From Pseudomonadota bacterium (GTDB taxonomy: Bacteria; Pseudomonadota; Alphaproteobacteria; Micavibrionales; CSBR16-224), in NCBI GenBank assembly GCA_013285465.1, contig CP053449.1, forward strand, positions 611,179 through 675,178: 64,000 nucleotides of DNA, written 5' to 3'. Numbering within the stretch: position 1 is the first letter of the stretch; every line of letters begins with the position of its first letter. Under the pieces are notes generated by a model that ran no database searches, was not told the DNA's origin, and saw only the letters and a list, made by a program, of their open reading frames with translations. The position numbers and the translations under genes were made by a program. Shown here one piece after another: positions 46,297 through 57,114 of this stretch.

Positions 46297-48294
46297 TTAG
46301 ATGTCGATATCCTGCGCAAAGCGGGCATTCTCCTGAATAAACTGGAAACGGGCCTCGGGGCGCTTGCCCATCAGCTGTTCGACCAGATCACCCGTGGTGG
46401 CCACCGCGATTGATTCGCCTTCCACAGCGTCTTCTTTGGGCAGAACCACGCGCAGTAATCCGCGTTTTTTCGGATCCATCGTGGTTTCCTTCAATTGTCT
46501 GGCGGGCATTTCACCAAGACCTTTAAAGCGGCTGATATCAATTTTTTTCTTACCTTTGAAAACCGTCTGCATCAGCTCATCCTTATGCGCATCGTCACGG
46601 GCGTAAAAACTCGTACCGCCCGCGGCAAGTCTGTAAAGCGGCGGCATGGCCAGATACAGGCATCCCGCTTCAATCAGCTCCGGCATTTCCTTGTAGAAAA
46701 ACGTCATCAGCAATGCGGCAATATGTGCGCCGTCAACATCGGCATCGGTCATAATGATGACGCGTTCATAGCGCAGCTTGTCCAGATCGAAATTCTTGCC
46801 CGTACCGCATCCCAGCGCTTGCAGCAGATCGCTGATTTCCTGATTGGCGCGGATTTTTTCCGCGGTGGCGCTGGCGACGTTCAGGACTTTACCGCGCAGC
46901 GGCAAAATGGCCTGTGTCTCGCGGTCGCGCGCCTGTTTTGCGGAACCGCCGGCACTGTCGCCCTCAACAATGAAAATCTCCGTGCCTTCGGCGGATTTGC
47001 GGCTACAATCGGACAGTTTGCCGGGCAGGCGCAATTTGCGTGTCGCGGATTTACGCGACAGCGTCTTTTCCTCTTTTTTGCTGAGACGCTCTTCCGCAAC
47101 TTCCAGCACATGGGCGAGCAGTTCATCCGTCATTTGCGGATTACCGGTCAGCCAGTGATCGAAATGGTCGCGTATGGCGGATTCGACCAGACGCGGCACT
47201 TGTGCGGAGACCAGTTTTTCTTTCGTCTGTCCTTGAAATTGCGGTTCGCGGATAAACAGTGACAGCATCACCGCCGCTGTGCCCAGTACGTCATCGGCGG
47301 TCAGAATACCGGCGCGTTTTTGCCCGACCATCTCGGCATAGTTTTTCAGGCCTTTGATCAAGGCAGAGCGCAAACCGGTTTCATGCGTGCCGCCCAAAGG
47401 GGTGGGAACGGTGTTGCAATAAGAGCGGATAAACGCATGGGAGGGATGTGTCGGCCAGGTCACGGCAAATTCGACTTTGCCCGCACCATCCGGCAATTCC
47501 GCCATATTGTAAAAAGGCTGCGGCGTGACCAGTGACGTTCCCGCGATTTCGGCAGACAGGAAATCCAGAATGCCGTTTGGAAAATGTATGGTTTCCTGCT
47601 GCGGCGTTTCCGCATTTTCTTCCAGCAGTGACGGGTCACAGGACCAGCGGATTTCCACGCCTTTGAACAGATAGGCTTTCGAACGGGCAAGTTTATAGAT
47701 CAGGCCGGGTTTGAATGCGGCTGTTTCACCGAAAATTTCCGGATCGGGGTGAAAGCTGACGGTCGTGCCGCGCCGGTTGCTGACAGGCCCAAGGTCTTTC
47801 AGCTTGCCCAGTGCCACACCGCGTGAAAATTCCTGTGCAAAAAGTTTTTTATCGCGGGCGACTTCCACGCGCAGATGATCACTTAAAGCATTGACGACGG
47901 AGACACCGACACCGTGCAAACCGCCTGATGTCTGATAGGCCTTGCCGCCGAATTTACCGCCCGAATGCAGCGTTGTCATGATGATTTCCAGCGCCGATTT
48001 TCCCGGAAAGCGCGGATGGTCGTCAATCGGGATGCCGCGGCCGTTATCGCTGATAGTGACCAGATTATCCGGCGCAAGCGAGACTTCAATACGCGATGCG
48101 TGACCGGCAACGGCCTCATCCATCGCATTATCCATGATTTCGCTGACAAGGTGGTGCAGGGCGCGCTCATCCGTGCCCCCGATATACATGCCGGGACGGC
48201 GGCGGACGGGCTCCAGCCCTTCCAGTACTTCGATATCCGTCGCCGTATAGCTGTCGCCGGATTGTTTTGCGGTATTGTCAAAAAGCTCGGTCAT
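46297..48294 (-). CDS. parE: DNA topoisomerase IV subunit B
   Basis: Type IIA B-subunit motifs are 'EVLEGLEPVRRRPGMYIGGT', 'GGLHGVG', 'EIFIVEGDSAGGSA' and 'PLRGKVLNV'. The 665-aa length and the lack of the GyrB insert favour ParE over GyrB. Confidence 0.85.
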   Translation of the reverse strand: MTELFDNTAKQSGDSYTATDIEVLEGLEPVRRRPGMYIGGTDERALHHLVSEIMDNAMDEAVAGHASRIEVSLAPDNLVTISDNGRGIPIDDHPRFPGKSALEIIMTTLHSGGKFGGKAYQTSGGLHGVGVSVVNALSDHLRVEVARDKKLFAQEFSRGVALGKLKDLGPVSNRRGTTVSFHPDPEIFGETAAFKPGLIYKLARSKAYLFKGVEIRWSCDPSLLEENAETPQQETIHFPNGILDFLSAEIAGTSLVTPQPFYNMAELPDGAGKVEFAVTWPTHPSHAFIRSYCNTVPTPLGGTHETGLRSALIKGLKNYAEMVGQKRAGILTADDVLGTAAVMLSLFIREPQFQGQTKEKLVSAQVPRLVESAIRDHFDHWLTGNPQMTDELLAHVLEVAEERLSKKEEKTLSRKSATRKLRLPGKLSDCSRKSAEGTEIFIVEGDSAGGSAKQARDRETQAILPLRGKVLNVASATAEKIRANQEISDLLQALGCGTGKNFDLDKLRYERVIIMTDADVDGAHIAALLMTFFYKEMPELIEAGCLYLAMPPLYRLAAGGTSFYARDDAHKDELMQTVFKGKKKIDISRFKGLGEMPARQLKETTMDPKKRGLLRVVLPKEDAVEGESIAVATTGDLVEQLMGKRPEARFQFIQENARFAQDIDI

Positions 48295-48412
48295 TTATTT
48301 TTATTTCTGCTTTCGTCCGGACTGAGGTCAGATTAACCTTTGATAAAACTGTATGCGAGATAATATAATATGAACGTCGTATTGAAAACAAGTACGGAAG
48401 CAACCGCCGAAT

Positions 48413-48796
48413 ATGGATCAGACTGAAAGAATACCCGCGCTGCGCACAATTGCGATGCCTGCTGACACCAATCCGCGCGGCGATATATTCGGGGGATGGT
48501 TGTTGTCACAGATGGATTTGGCCGGTAGTGTTCTGGCGCAAAAGACGGCAACACAGCGCGTGGCAACGGTCGGCGTACAGGCGATGACCTTCCACCAACC
48601 GGTGTTTGTCGGGGACGAGGTGAGCTGTTATACGGAGCTGGTACGTGTCGGCAATACCTCGGTGACGGTGCAGGTTGAAAGCTGGGCACGGCGTTGCGAC
48701 GAAGAAACGGAAATAAAAGTCACGGAAGGGCAGTTCACTTATGTCGCAATTGACGAGAATCGCCGCCCCGTGCAAATACCGAAAGACAGTACCTGA
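48413..48796 (+). CDS. Hotdog-fold acyl-CoA thioesterase (YciA-like)
   Basis: It contains 'PADTNPRGDIFGGWLLSQMDLAGS'. Confidence 0.85.
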   Translation: MDQTERIPALRTIAMPADTNPRGDIFGGWLLSQMDLAGSVLAQKTATQRVATVGVQAMTFHQPVFVGDEVSCYTELVRVGNTSVTVQVESWARRCDEETEIKVTEGQFTYVAIDENRRPVQIPKDST

Positions 48797-48814
48797 GAAT
48801 ACCGGAGGGGTAAA

Positions 48815-50071
48815 ATGACGCAGGAAAACGGAAAAATAAAATTTATCGGAAAAGCATTCTGCGTGATGGCGCTGGGGCTGTGTCTGGCGCTGGGCGGTTT
48901 TTCAGGCTCTGCCGCAGCATGGTCACTGAAGGGCATGAAACAATCGCGGGATCGCGATGCGATGCATCATGATGCCGCATCTTCCATCACCGATCTTTTT
49001 ACCAAGGATAAACCTGTCTCCGCAGTTGAGAGTCTTGGCGATTTGCCGGATTTTAAAATCAAGGACGAGGCAAGCTTCCAGAAATACACGGTGGAAATTC
49101 ACGAAGTTCCCTATAACGAGACCACGCTATCCTATCGGTTGCGTCTTCCCGAAACATGGGACAAAAGAACACAGCATATGGAGCAGGGTGTCCAGCTGCA
49201 CAAAAGGCTGATGTCGCATATTACGACATTCATGGCACCGCCGATTGCCGATGTCCGCCCCTCTATGACCATTCAGGCCAAGAATCTGGAACATGAGATT
49301 GATGCGGCGCATTGGCTGCGCCATTATCTGCTGGTCAACGGTTTTACCTTGAGCGGTGAAGTCGAGGGCAAGGATCTGCGCAATGCAAATGCGCATTTCG
49401 TCTATGTGCGTGACGAGGCGGCCTATGCCGGATATGCCCGCGCCATTTTTCACGGCAATATGGTGACGCTGGCGCGTTTTGATGTGCCGCAGCGTTTTGT
49501 CAAATGGTATAGTGTTTTGCAGAAACAGGCTGTGGATACGCTTGCGCTGGTCTTTCCCAAATCCGGTACGATTGAAGAATGGCGCCGCGATAATCTGGGC
49601 GGCGAATTGCTGGAAATGCAATACCCGGCCAGCTGGGTGCGCAACCGTACCCGTTACAACGAAGACGGTATTAAAACAAGTTTTGAACTGCATAATCAGG
49701 CGGAAGAAAATAAGGTTTTCGGGCTGATGCATTTTACCGCCATTAAACGTTCCAAAGATACGGATTTGCCAACGGAAATAGAAATTCTTAAGAAAAGTCT
49801 TGAGGAGGTCTACGGGTTGTATGTCAAGGAAATCAAATCATCCCAGCCAAGCTACGGGCCGCTGGAATTCGATTATATCCGGGAAGAAATTTATATTGTC
49901 GGTTTTGAGGCTGAACGGGGAATTCAGGATCAGGAGCTGCGGCTGCTGGTGATGGCGGATAGCAAATGGTATGTGATCTTTTACATGATGACACCGCTGG
50001 AAGCGAATGACTTCTATAACTGGGCGCGTAATATGCGCGCCTATGCCATCATTAAGGATAGTTTTCTGTAA
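48815..50071 (+). CDS. Secreted orphan protein (418 aa)
   Basis: It has the signal peptide 'FCVMALGLCLALGGFSGSAAAW' and no family I recognise. Confidence 0.55.
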   Translation: MTQENGKIKFIGKAFCVMALGLCLALGGFSGSAAAWSLKGMKQSRDRDAMHHDAASSITDLFTKDKPVSAVESLGDLPDFKIKDEASFQKYTVEIHEVPYNETTLSYRLRLPETWDKRTQHMEQGVQLHKRLMSHITTFMAPPIADVRPSMTIQAKNLEHEIDAAHWLRHYLLVNGFTLSGEVEGKDLRNANAHFVYVRDEAAYAGYARAIFHGNMVTLARFDVPQRFVKWYSVLQKQAVDTLALVFPKSGTIEEWRRDNLGGELLEMQYPASWVRNRTRYNEDGIKTSFELHNQAEENKVFGLMHFTAIKRSKDTDLPTEIEILKKSLEEVYGLYVKEIKSSQPSYGPLEFDYIREEIYIVGFEAERGIQDQELRLLVMADSKWYVIFYMMTPLEANDFYNWARNMRAYAIIKDSFL

Positions 50072-50090
50072 GATTGCATGCGGGTATGTA

Positions 50091-51245
50091 TCAGGGAAGC
50101 GGGAAGAATTTGACCTTGCCGCCCTTGATGGCCACGGCCAGCTCGCCGTGTTTCAAGGCCAGCGCTTTCTGCCCGAAAATATCGTAACGCCAGCCCCGCA
50201 TAGCCGGAACATCGGCGCGGTCATTCTGGGCGATCTCTTCCAGATCCTGCGCATTGGCCAGCAGTTTCGGGGCGATTTTGTGTTCTTCACAGGTGTATTT
50301 CATCAACACACGCAGCAATTCGATAATGGCGGCGGCCTGATCTGATAAGCCGCGGCTTCTTTGCGGTTGCGGAATATCCGCAGGCGGTTTCGCTTTTTTG
50401 ATTTTGTCCAGCAGCAGATCAAGATCTTTTGAAGCGATATCTTTCGGGAAGCGGCGGATTTTGTCGAAATCATCGCGGGTGTTGATCTTGTGCATGGCAA
50501 GATTTTGCATGACATCATCGCGCATGATACGTGTGCGCGGACGGTTCTGGCGTTGCGCGACTTCCTCACGCCATTCCGCCAAAGCCTGCAGGCGGGCGAT
50601 GACATCTTTTTTCTCGGTGCGGATTTTCAGGCGTTTCCATGCGTTTTTCGGGTCGGCATCATAGGTTGCGGGGTTCAGAAGAGCCTCGTGATCTTCGGCA
50701 ATCCATTCCGCACGCCCGCTTTCCTCCAGCATGGGGGCCATTTTGATGTAAATGTCGCGCAGATAGGTCACATCCGACAAGGCGTAATCCAGCTGCTGCG
50801 GGTTCAATGGACGTTTTTTCCAATCGGTGAAACGCGAGCTTTTATCAATGGCTTTCCCCAGAAAGCTTTTGACCAGTTTCTCATAGCCGATCTGGTCACC
50901 GAATCCCAAGACCATGCCGGCGATTTGCGTATCAAAGACGGAAACAGGCATTTTATCGAATTCGTGATAGAAAATCTCGATATCCTGACGGCAGCCATGC
51001 ATGACTTTCAGGATTTTTTTATTCATCAGCAGCGCATGAAAGGGGGCAAGATTGATATCCTCGGCCAGAGGATCAATCGCGGCATAGTTCTTTTTGTCAC
51101 TGCCTGCGGCAATCTGTATCAGGCACAGTTTGGACCAATAGCTGCTGTCGCGGATAAATTCCGTATCAACGGTTATAAAGCTCTCTTTTTGTAGCCCGTC
51201 ACAGAATTTTTTCAGGTCGGCTTGCTGTGTGATGGTTTTTGTCAT
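50091..51245 (-). CDS. rnd: Ribonuclease D
   Basis: DEDD exonuclease motifs 'ITVDTEFIRD', 'KVMHGCRQDIE' and 'YALSDVTYL' are present, with an HRDC-like C-terminus. The start is trimmed to 51245. Confidence 0.9.
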   Translation of the reverse strand: MTKTITQQADLKKFCDGLQKESFITVDTEFIRDSSYWSKLCLIQIAAGSDKKNYAAIDPLAEDINLAPFHALLMNKKILKVMHGCRQDIEIFYHEFDKMPVSVFDTQIAGMVLGFGDQIGYEKLVKSFLGKAIDKSSRFTDWKKRPLNPQQLDYALSDVTYLRDIYIKMAPMLEESGRAEWIAEDHEALLNPATYDADPKNAWKRLKIRTEKKDVIARLQALAEWREEVAQRQNRPRTRIMRDDVMQNLAMHKINTRDDFDKIRRFPKDIASKDLDLLLDKIKKAKPPADIPQPQRSRGLSDQAAAIIELLRVLMKYTCEEHKIAPKLLANAQDLEEIAQNDRADVPAMRGWRYDIFGQKALALKHGELAVAIKGGKVKFFPLP

Positions 51246-51353
51246 TATTTTCGCAAGAAGTGTTGGAAACTGAGGTAATTTATACTTTGTTTTATAGCAT
51301 GCCATGCTAGATTAGCATAGGCGGAATATTAGAGCCACGAAGGAGGTTCCCCA

Positions 51354-53687
51354 ATGAATAAAGACCGGCTATACCAAAGCGCGCTGGAATACCATATGCA
51401 CCCGAACGGCCCCGGGAAAATCACCATCAACCCGACGAAAGCATTGGTGACGGCACGGGATTTGTCTCTGGCCTATTCCCCGGGCGTGGCGGCACCTTGC
51501 GAGGAAATCGCGGCAGACCCTGATAAGGCACGTGATTATACTGTGCGCGGCAATCTTGTCGCCGTGGTCACAAACGGGACGGCTGTTCTGGGACTGGGCG
51601 ATATCGGCCCGCTGGCGGCCAAGCCGGTGATGGAGGGGAAGGCGGTTCTGTTTAAGAAATTCGCGGGGCTGGATTCCATTGATATCGAAATTGACGAAAA
51701 AGATGTCGATAAGCTGGTTGATATTATTGCCTCGCTTGAGCCAAGCTTTGGCGGTATCAATCTGGAAGATATCGCGGCGCCTGAATGTTTCGAGGTGGAA
51801 AGACGTCTGCGCGAACGCATGAAAATTCCGGTCTTCCATGATGACCAGCACGGCACGGCGATTATCGTCGGCGCGGCCTTTACCAATTGGCTGCATCTGT
51901 CGGGGCGCGATATCAATGATGTCAAATTGGTCGCTTCGGGCGCAGGTGCGGCATCACTGGCTTGTCTGAATATTCTTGTCGGTCTGGGGCTGCCGCGGGA
52001 AAACGTGTTTGTAACCGATCGTGCCGGCGTTGTTTATAAAGGCCGTAATGAAGGTATGGATGTCTATAAAGCGCCTTATGCACAGGAAACCGATGCCCGA
52101 ACTCTGGCAGAGGTTATTAAGGGGGCGGATGTGTTCCTCGGCCTGTCGGGGCCGAATGTGATGAACAAATCCATGGTGAAATCCATGAATGACGCACCGT
52201 TGATTATGGCGCTGGCCAATCCCGTGCCGGAAATTATGCCGGAGGATGTCCGTGCGGTCAGCCCGGATGCCGTGATCGCGACAGGGCGCTCTGATTATCC
52301 GAACCAGGTGAATAATGTGCTGTGTTTCCCTTATATTTTCCGCGGAGCATTGGATGTCGGCGCGACGACGATCAATGAGGAAATGAAACTTGCCTGTGTC
52401 AACGCCTTGGCAAGACTGACCCGTGCCGAGGTCGGGGCAGAGGTCGCGCGTGTCTATAATGATGAAACGCTGGAATTCGGCCCTGAATATATTATCCCCA
52501 AACCTTTCGATCCGCGTCTGGTGGTCGAGCTGCCGATGGCGGTCGCGCAAGCGGCAATGGATAGCGGCGTGGCGACACGCCCGATCAAAGATTTTGCGGC
52601 CTATCGCAACCATTTGCGCGGCTATGTCTTTAAATCCGGCCAGTTAATGAGCCCGGTCTATGCGAAGGCATCGGACAGTCCGAAACGCGTTGTTTTTGCC
52701 GAGGGTGAGGAATTCCGTGTGCTGCATGCCACGCAAACGATTGTGGATGACGGTATGGCTTTCCCGATTCTGATCGGACGGGAATCCGTTATTCTTGAAC
52801 GCATCCGCCGTGCCGGTCTGCGCCTGAAACCGGGTAAGGATTTCGAGCTGATCAATAACGAGTTTGATCCGCGTTATGATGAATATTGGCAGACCTATTA
52901 CCAATTGCGTGCCCGTAGCGGCATTACGCCGGCCATCGCCAAAACCCATGTGCGGACGCGTGATACGCTGATCGGTGCGCTGATGCTGCACAAGAACGAA
53001 GCTGATGCGATGATCTGCGGCACGATCGGGCGTTACAATGCACATTTTGAAAATATCATCCATACCGTCGGGCTGCGCGAGGGTCTTACACATGCCGCGG
53101 CGTTGAATGTTCTGATTATGCCGACCGGTACATATTTCATCTGTGACGCCTATGTGAACCCCGATCCGACGGCAGAGGAAATCAGCGAGATGGTGATGCT
53201 GGCGGTGGAGCAAATCCGTCATTTCGGGATTACCCCGCGTGTTGCGCTGTTGTCGCATTCCAATTTCGGCAGCCATGATTATCCCTCGGCGCAGAAAATG
53301 CGTCTGGCCGCAAAATTGATCCGTGACCAAAACCCCGATTTTGAAGTTGATGGTGAAATGGCGGCGGATACGGCGCTGTCTGAACGTATCCGTGATTTGA
53401 TCTTCCCGGATTGCGGTTTGACGGAGACGGCGAATTTGCTGGTGATGCCCAATATTGATGCGGCAAATATCTCTTTCAACATGTTGAAAGTGCTGAGCGA
53501 TGCCGTTGTGATCGGTCCCTTGCTGCTGGGAACAAAAAAACCCGCCCATATTCTGACACCGTCTGTGACGGCGCGCGGTATCGTCAATGCGACGGCTGTG
53601 GCGACGGTCGGTGCGCAGAGTCAGGGCAGTATGGTACTGGAAACGCAGAAACCGGCGAAGCCTGCGCGTAAGCGCAAGAAGGCCTAA
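51354..53687 (+). CDS. maeB: NADP-dependent malic enzyme with a C-terminal phosphotransacetylase-like domain
   Basis: Motifs 'VVTNGTAVLGLGDIG' and 'FGGINLEDI' are present, with the NAD(P) site 'SGAGAAS'. A ~330-aa PTA-like C-terminal domain follows. Confidence 0.95.
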   Translation: MNKDRLYQSALEYHMHPNGPGKITINPTKALVTARDLSLAYSPGVAAPCEEIAADPDKARDYTVRGNLVAVVTNGTAVLGLGDIGPLAAKPVMEGKAVLFKKFAGLDSIDIEIDEKDVDKLVDIIASLEPSFGGINLEDIAAPECFEVERRLRERMKIPVFHDDQHGTAIIVGAAFTNWLHLSGRDINDVKLVASGAGAASLACLNILVGLGLPRENVFVTDRAGVVYKGRNEGMDVYKAPYAQETDARTLAEVIKGADVFLGLSGPNVMNKSMVKSMNDAPLIMALANPVPEIMPEDVRAVSPDAVIATGRSDYPNQVNNVLCFPYIFRGALDVGATTINEEMKLACVNALARLTRAEVGAEVARVYNDETLEFGPEYIIPKPFDPRLVVELPMAVAQAAMDSGVATRPIKDFAAYRNHLRGYVFKSGQLMSPVYAKASDSPKRVVFAEGEEFRVLHATQTIVDDGMAFPILIGRESVILERIRRAGLRLKPGKDFELINNEFDPRYDEYWQTYYQLRARSGITPAIAKTHVRTRDTLIGALMLHKNEADAMICGTIGRYNAHFENIIHTVGLREGLTHAAALNVLIMPTGTYFICDAYVNPDPTAEEISEMVMLAVEQIRHFGITPRVALLSHSNFGSHDYPSAQKMRLAAKLIRDQNPDFEVDGEMAADTALSERIRDLIFPDCGLTETANLLVMPNIDAANISFNMLKVLSDAVVIGPLLLGTKKPAHILTPSVTARGIVNATAVATVGAQSQGSMVLETQKPAKPARKRKKA

Positions 53688-54715
53688 GGTACGGAAAAGA
53701 GCGTCAGCGTGGCCAGATGGTCGCTGCCGATGGCGGGCAGCGCCGTGAATTCCAGTAGCCGGATATCACCTTTATAGAAAACATGGTCAATCGGAATACG
53801 CAGCAGATGCGGGATCATCAGATTCTCCGTCTTGAACCGTGTCGGAAGCGGCACATAAACCGGCCATGTCGGGTATAAGCCGCGCCCGTTGCGGGCATTT
53901 CGCAATTCTGTTTTGCGCAGAAAGCTTTTATAGGAGGGTGTATACATTGTCATGTTCATATCACCCGCGACAATCACCGGCCCGTCCTGCGCCTGCTGCA
54001 GGGATGCGGCAACCCCGTCCATATAGCTGTCACGGTGTTTGAAGCGCATTTTCGAGACCGGCGATAACGGATGCAGCGAGGCAATCAGAATATCCCGGTC
54101 GTTGACTGTGATGCGGAACAGGATGGCAGGGTGCGTGTCCGTTGCCGGATACAGGCTTTCCTGCTGTGTAAATTCATAACGTGACAGGACCAGCATGCCG
54201 TTACTGCCCGGCTTGGCCTGATCAATCATATAGGGCCAGCCGTCTTTTGCCGCCGTCAATTCTTTTAAGGCATCCCGCCATTCCGGTGTGGCCTCGGCAA
54301 TTGTGATAAGATCGGGTTTGTATTTATGGATGAAATGCAGCAACACGTCATGTTTCCGGTTGAATTTGAAGACATTGACCTGCATCAGCCTTAGTATCGG
54401 CGCATCGGCGTTATCAACCGCCTTTTGCGGACGCGGCATATAAGGGGCAAGCGAGGCGCCGCTTAGCAAAAGCGCAAGAAGGGACACGCCCAGAAACTGC
54501 TGCAGAATGCGGTTTTTTCGCCGTGTTTTTTTGCACCATAACAGCGCGGCAACCGAAAATAACAGCAAGGACAGTACAAAATAATAGCTTTGGAAATGTG
54601 CAATCAGGTCAAAAAACCAGAGTGACAGCGGCAGAAAAGGAATCAGGCAGGCCAGCAGCAGGAAATAGAGGCTGCCCAGCATGAAACTGCCGCAAAGATT
54701 TTTTATTATCCGCAT
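53684..54715 (-). CDS. Endonuclease/exonuclease/phosphatase (EEP) family membrane protein
   Basis: N-terminal TM helices are followed by EEP-like blocks ('LRLMQVNV', 'PDLITIAE', 'VIVAGDMN', 'SDHLA'). It overlaps the maeB stop by 4 nt. Confidence 0.75.
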   Translation of the reverse strand: MRIIKNLCGSFMLGSLYFLLLACLIPFLPLSLWFFDLIAHFQSYYFVLSLLLFSVAALLWCKKTRRKNRILQQFLGVSLLALLLSGASLAPYMPRPQKAVDNADAPILRLMQVNVFKFNRKHDVLLHFIHKYKPDLITIAEATPEWRDALKELTAAKDGWPYMIDQAKPGSNGMLVLSRYEFTQQESLYPATDTHPAILFRITVNDRDILIASLHPLSPVSKMRFKHRDSYMDGVAASLQQAQDGPVIVAGDMNMTMYTPSYKSFLRKTELRNARNGRGLYPTWPVYVPLPTRFKTENLMIPHLLRIPIDHVFYKGDIRLLEFTALPAIGSDHLATLTLFSVP

Positions 54716-54890
54716 GTTTTATTACGTTTTTTTTCTGATTTTTATATGATTCCATTAAATCTTAAAGGCTTTGAGGAAAACTTACCAATTTTTTCCGGCT
54801 GTTTTACTTTTCTTAAGGTTTTTTTGAGATCATATAATCATGGAAAACTGCGCTGTTTCTGTGGTTTTCCGCCTGTCGCAAGGGGGAGAA

Positions 54891-56657
54891 ATGCACAAAA
54901 TTCTTCAAAAATCATCCTATCTGGGCATTGTTTTCAGCTTATTTCTGCTGACGGCCTGTGTGCATCAGGATGCCCGGACGAACAGCTCCGAATATGCCGC
55001 AACGCCCTCTTATCTGGATAACCGTCAAGCCACGCTGACCGGTGCTTATCTGGCGGGACGTTTTGCGCAAAACCAAAGCGACTGGAGCGCGGCCAATTAT
55101 TACATGAATCAGGTTCTGGGCATGGATGACGGTAATAAAAACCTGCTGCACCGGAGCTTTCTGCTGGCACTTGGCGACGGGGATATGGATCGTGCCCTGC
55201 CTTTGGCGCGACAATTGGTTGCAGGCGGTGAAAATGCCGAACTGGCAACGGTTATTCTGGTCGCCGATGCCATGGGGCGCGGCGATGCGCAGGCTGCATG
55301 GGGCTATACTGAAATGTTGAATGGCGGCGGCTTTAACGAATATGCCAAGCCGCTGTTTCAGGCATGGGTGCTGGTAATGCAGGAGGATATTCCGGCGGCG
55401 CTGGAAAAAGTCACCGCGCAGATTGAAACCTTTAACCGTGATCCGGTGTATCTGTTGCACAGCGCATTAATTGCGGAATATCACGGCGATAAGAAACAGG
55501 CGGAAGATTATTATCTGGAGGTTATGGCTGCAGAAGATTACACCGTTTATGCGGCTTTGACGGCGGCCAGCTTTTACGAGCGGGACGGGCGGACGGAAAA
55601 AGCCAAGCTGATTTACGGCCAGTTGAATGAAAAACGTAACCCTTACCGCGTCTTGTCACTCTCGCATATGGCGGAGGTTGTCGGGAAATCCGCATCTGAC
55701 CCGCGTGATGCCGTATCTTTGCTGTTGTTCGAGCTGGCAACATTATTATATGAACGCGAAGCCTATGACAGCGCGCTGATTTACACGCGTCTGGCGGAAG
55801 TGCTGACACCGCAGTCTCCTTTTGTGGCGATGATGCTGGGGGATATTGCGCTGCATTACGGCGATTATCATGCGGCGCGTAAATATTATACCGCCGTCGG
55901 GGATGAATCGGGCATGATGCGTTTTGCGCGGCTGAAACTGGCGGAAGCGCTGGAGGCGGGCGGGCATCAGGATGAGGCGGTTGCGATTTTGTCGGATGCC
56001 GCAGATGAAGAAGAAAGCTATGCCGACAGTCTGATTTATCTGGGCGATATTTACCGCCGGAATGAACAATATGCCGAAGCCGTGCGTGCCTATAGCCGTG
56101 CGCTGGGGCGGATCGGCGATGTGAAATCCGAACACTGGTTTGTTGTTTACGCACGCGGCATGTCGCAGGAGCGTCTGAAAAACTGGGATATGGCTGAGCA
56201 GGATTTGCTGAAAGCGCTGGATTTGAACCCCGAAAATCCGCTGGTATTAAATTATTTGGGCTATAGCTGGGTCGATCAGGGGCTGCATCTTGAGCGTGCG
56301 ATGGAAATGATCAAAAAGGCTGTGATGTTGCGCCCGGAAGACGGCTATATCACTGACAGTTACGGCTGGGCGCTGTATCAGACCGGCGCATTGGACGAAG
56401 CGGTGAAATGGCTGGAATATTCTGTTGAACGCGTGCCTTATGATGTGACCATTAATGACCATCTCGGTGATGCCTATTGGCGTGTCGGTCGCCGTGTCGA
56501 GGCACGTTTCCAGTGGGAACGCGCCTATAATTTGGCAAAAGCCAAGAGCGACAAGGAACGTATTTACCGCAAACTGGAAGCCGGCTTGCCGGGGCAAAAT
56601 CCGGGAAAACAGCCGAAAACAGTCACGGCGGAACGCGAAGCCATGCTTCACCGCTAA
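54891..56657 (+). CDS. TPR-repeat lipoprotein
   Basis: AGGGGGAG is followed by the ATG at 54891. The lipobox is 'LLTAC', and multiple TPR units are present ('AEQDLLKALDLNPENPLVLNYLGYSW'). Confidence 0.75.
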   Translation: MHKILQKSSYLGIVFSLFLLTACVHQDARTNSSEYAATPSYLDNRQATLTGAYLAGRFAQNQSDWSAANYYMNQVLGMDDGNKNLLHRSFLLALGDGDMDRALPLARQLVAGGENAELATVILVADAMGRGDAQAAWGYTEMLNGGGFNEYAKPLFQAWVLVMQEDIPAALEKVTAQIETFNRDPVYLLHSALIAEYHGDKKQAEDYYLEVMAAEDYTVYAALTAASFYERDGRTEKAKLIYGQLNEKRNPYRVLSLSHMAEVVGKSASDPRDAVSLLLFELATLLYEREAYDSALIYTRLAEVLTPQSPFVAMMLGDIALHYGDYHAARKYYTAVGDESGMMRFARLKLAEALEAGGHQDEAVAILSDAADEEESYADSLIYLGDIYRRNEQYAEAVRAYSRALGRIGDVKSEHWFVVYARGMSQERLKNWDMAEQDLLKALDLNPENPLVLNYLGYSWVDQGLHLERAMEMIKKAVMLRPEDGYITDSYGWALYQTGALDEAVKWLEYSVERVPYDVTINDHLGDAYWRVGRRVEARFQWERAYNLAKAKSDKERIYRKLEAGLPGQNPGKQPKTVTAEREAMLHR

Positions 56658-56688
56658 AACAGATACCGCAGGGATGAAGCGATATAAG

Positions 56689-56718
56689 AAAACGGCCTTT
56701 ATCAGTAAAGGCCGTTTT
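56689..56718. terminator. Bidirectional terminator between the TPR gene and icmT
   Basis: The hairpin is AAAACGGCCTTTA-TCAG-TAAAGGCCGTTTT. Confidence 0.6.
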
Positions 56719-56743
56719 GCTGTGATCCGTTTTTTTTAATCTG

Positions 56744-57043
56744 TTATTCCTGATCGCCCAATTTGCGGCGGTCTGTCCAGAAATAAGCCGGGCGCTTCGG
56801 CCCGATGAGCCAGACACGCATGGCGCGTAAAGCAGCCGTAAAGGTCAGGCCTTTGCGCTCCAGCAGCCAGAAGGTAATATTCACCAGAAGAAAGACGGCA
56901 ATCGTCCATTTCCGCGGAAACAGAACAACCAGCAGCAGAACAAGGCCGGCACGCGCATCAAAACGCCAGAAACGCGGAGTCTTCTGGCTGTTACGCCAGT
57001 GCCATGTTTGAATCAGGACGACTTCCGTTTCTTCTTTCGCCAT
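56744..57043 (-). CDS. icmT: Type IVB secretion protein IcmT (TraK-like)
   Basis: The 99-aa protein has the hallmark 'WHWRNSQKTPRFWRFDARA' followed by two TM helices. It sits directly downstream of dotB. Confidence 0.85.
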   Translation of the reverse strand: MAKEETEVVLIQTWHWRNSQKTPRFWRFDARAGLVLLLVVLFPRKWTIAVFLLVNITFWLLERKGLTFTAALRAMRVWLIGPKRPAYFWTDRRKLGDQE

Positions 57044-57114
57044 GGGATTACCTTTATGCTTTGCGTTGTTTCAACAGCTTTTAATATTGTAGCAGGCAAG
57101 CGTTAAGAAATATT

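Noticed and set aside
46297-48294. Possible gyrB, since it lies near dnaA as in the classical dnaA-dnaN-recF-gyrB cluster.
   Set aside because: The 665-aa length lacks the ~150-aa GyrB-specific insert and C-terminal extension. The N-terminal 'GMYIGGTDERALHHL' pattern matches alphaproteobacterial ParE as I recall it. I called it parE, but a phylogeny would settle the question.
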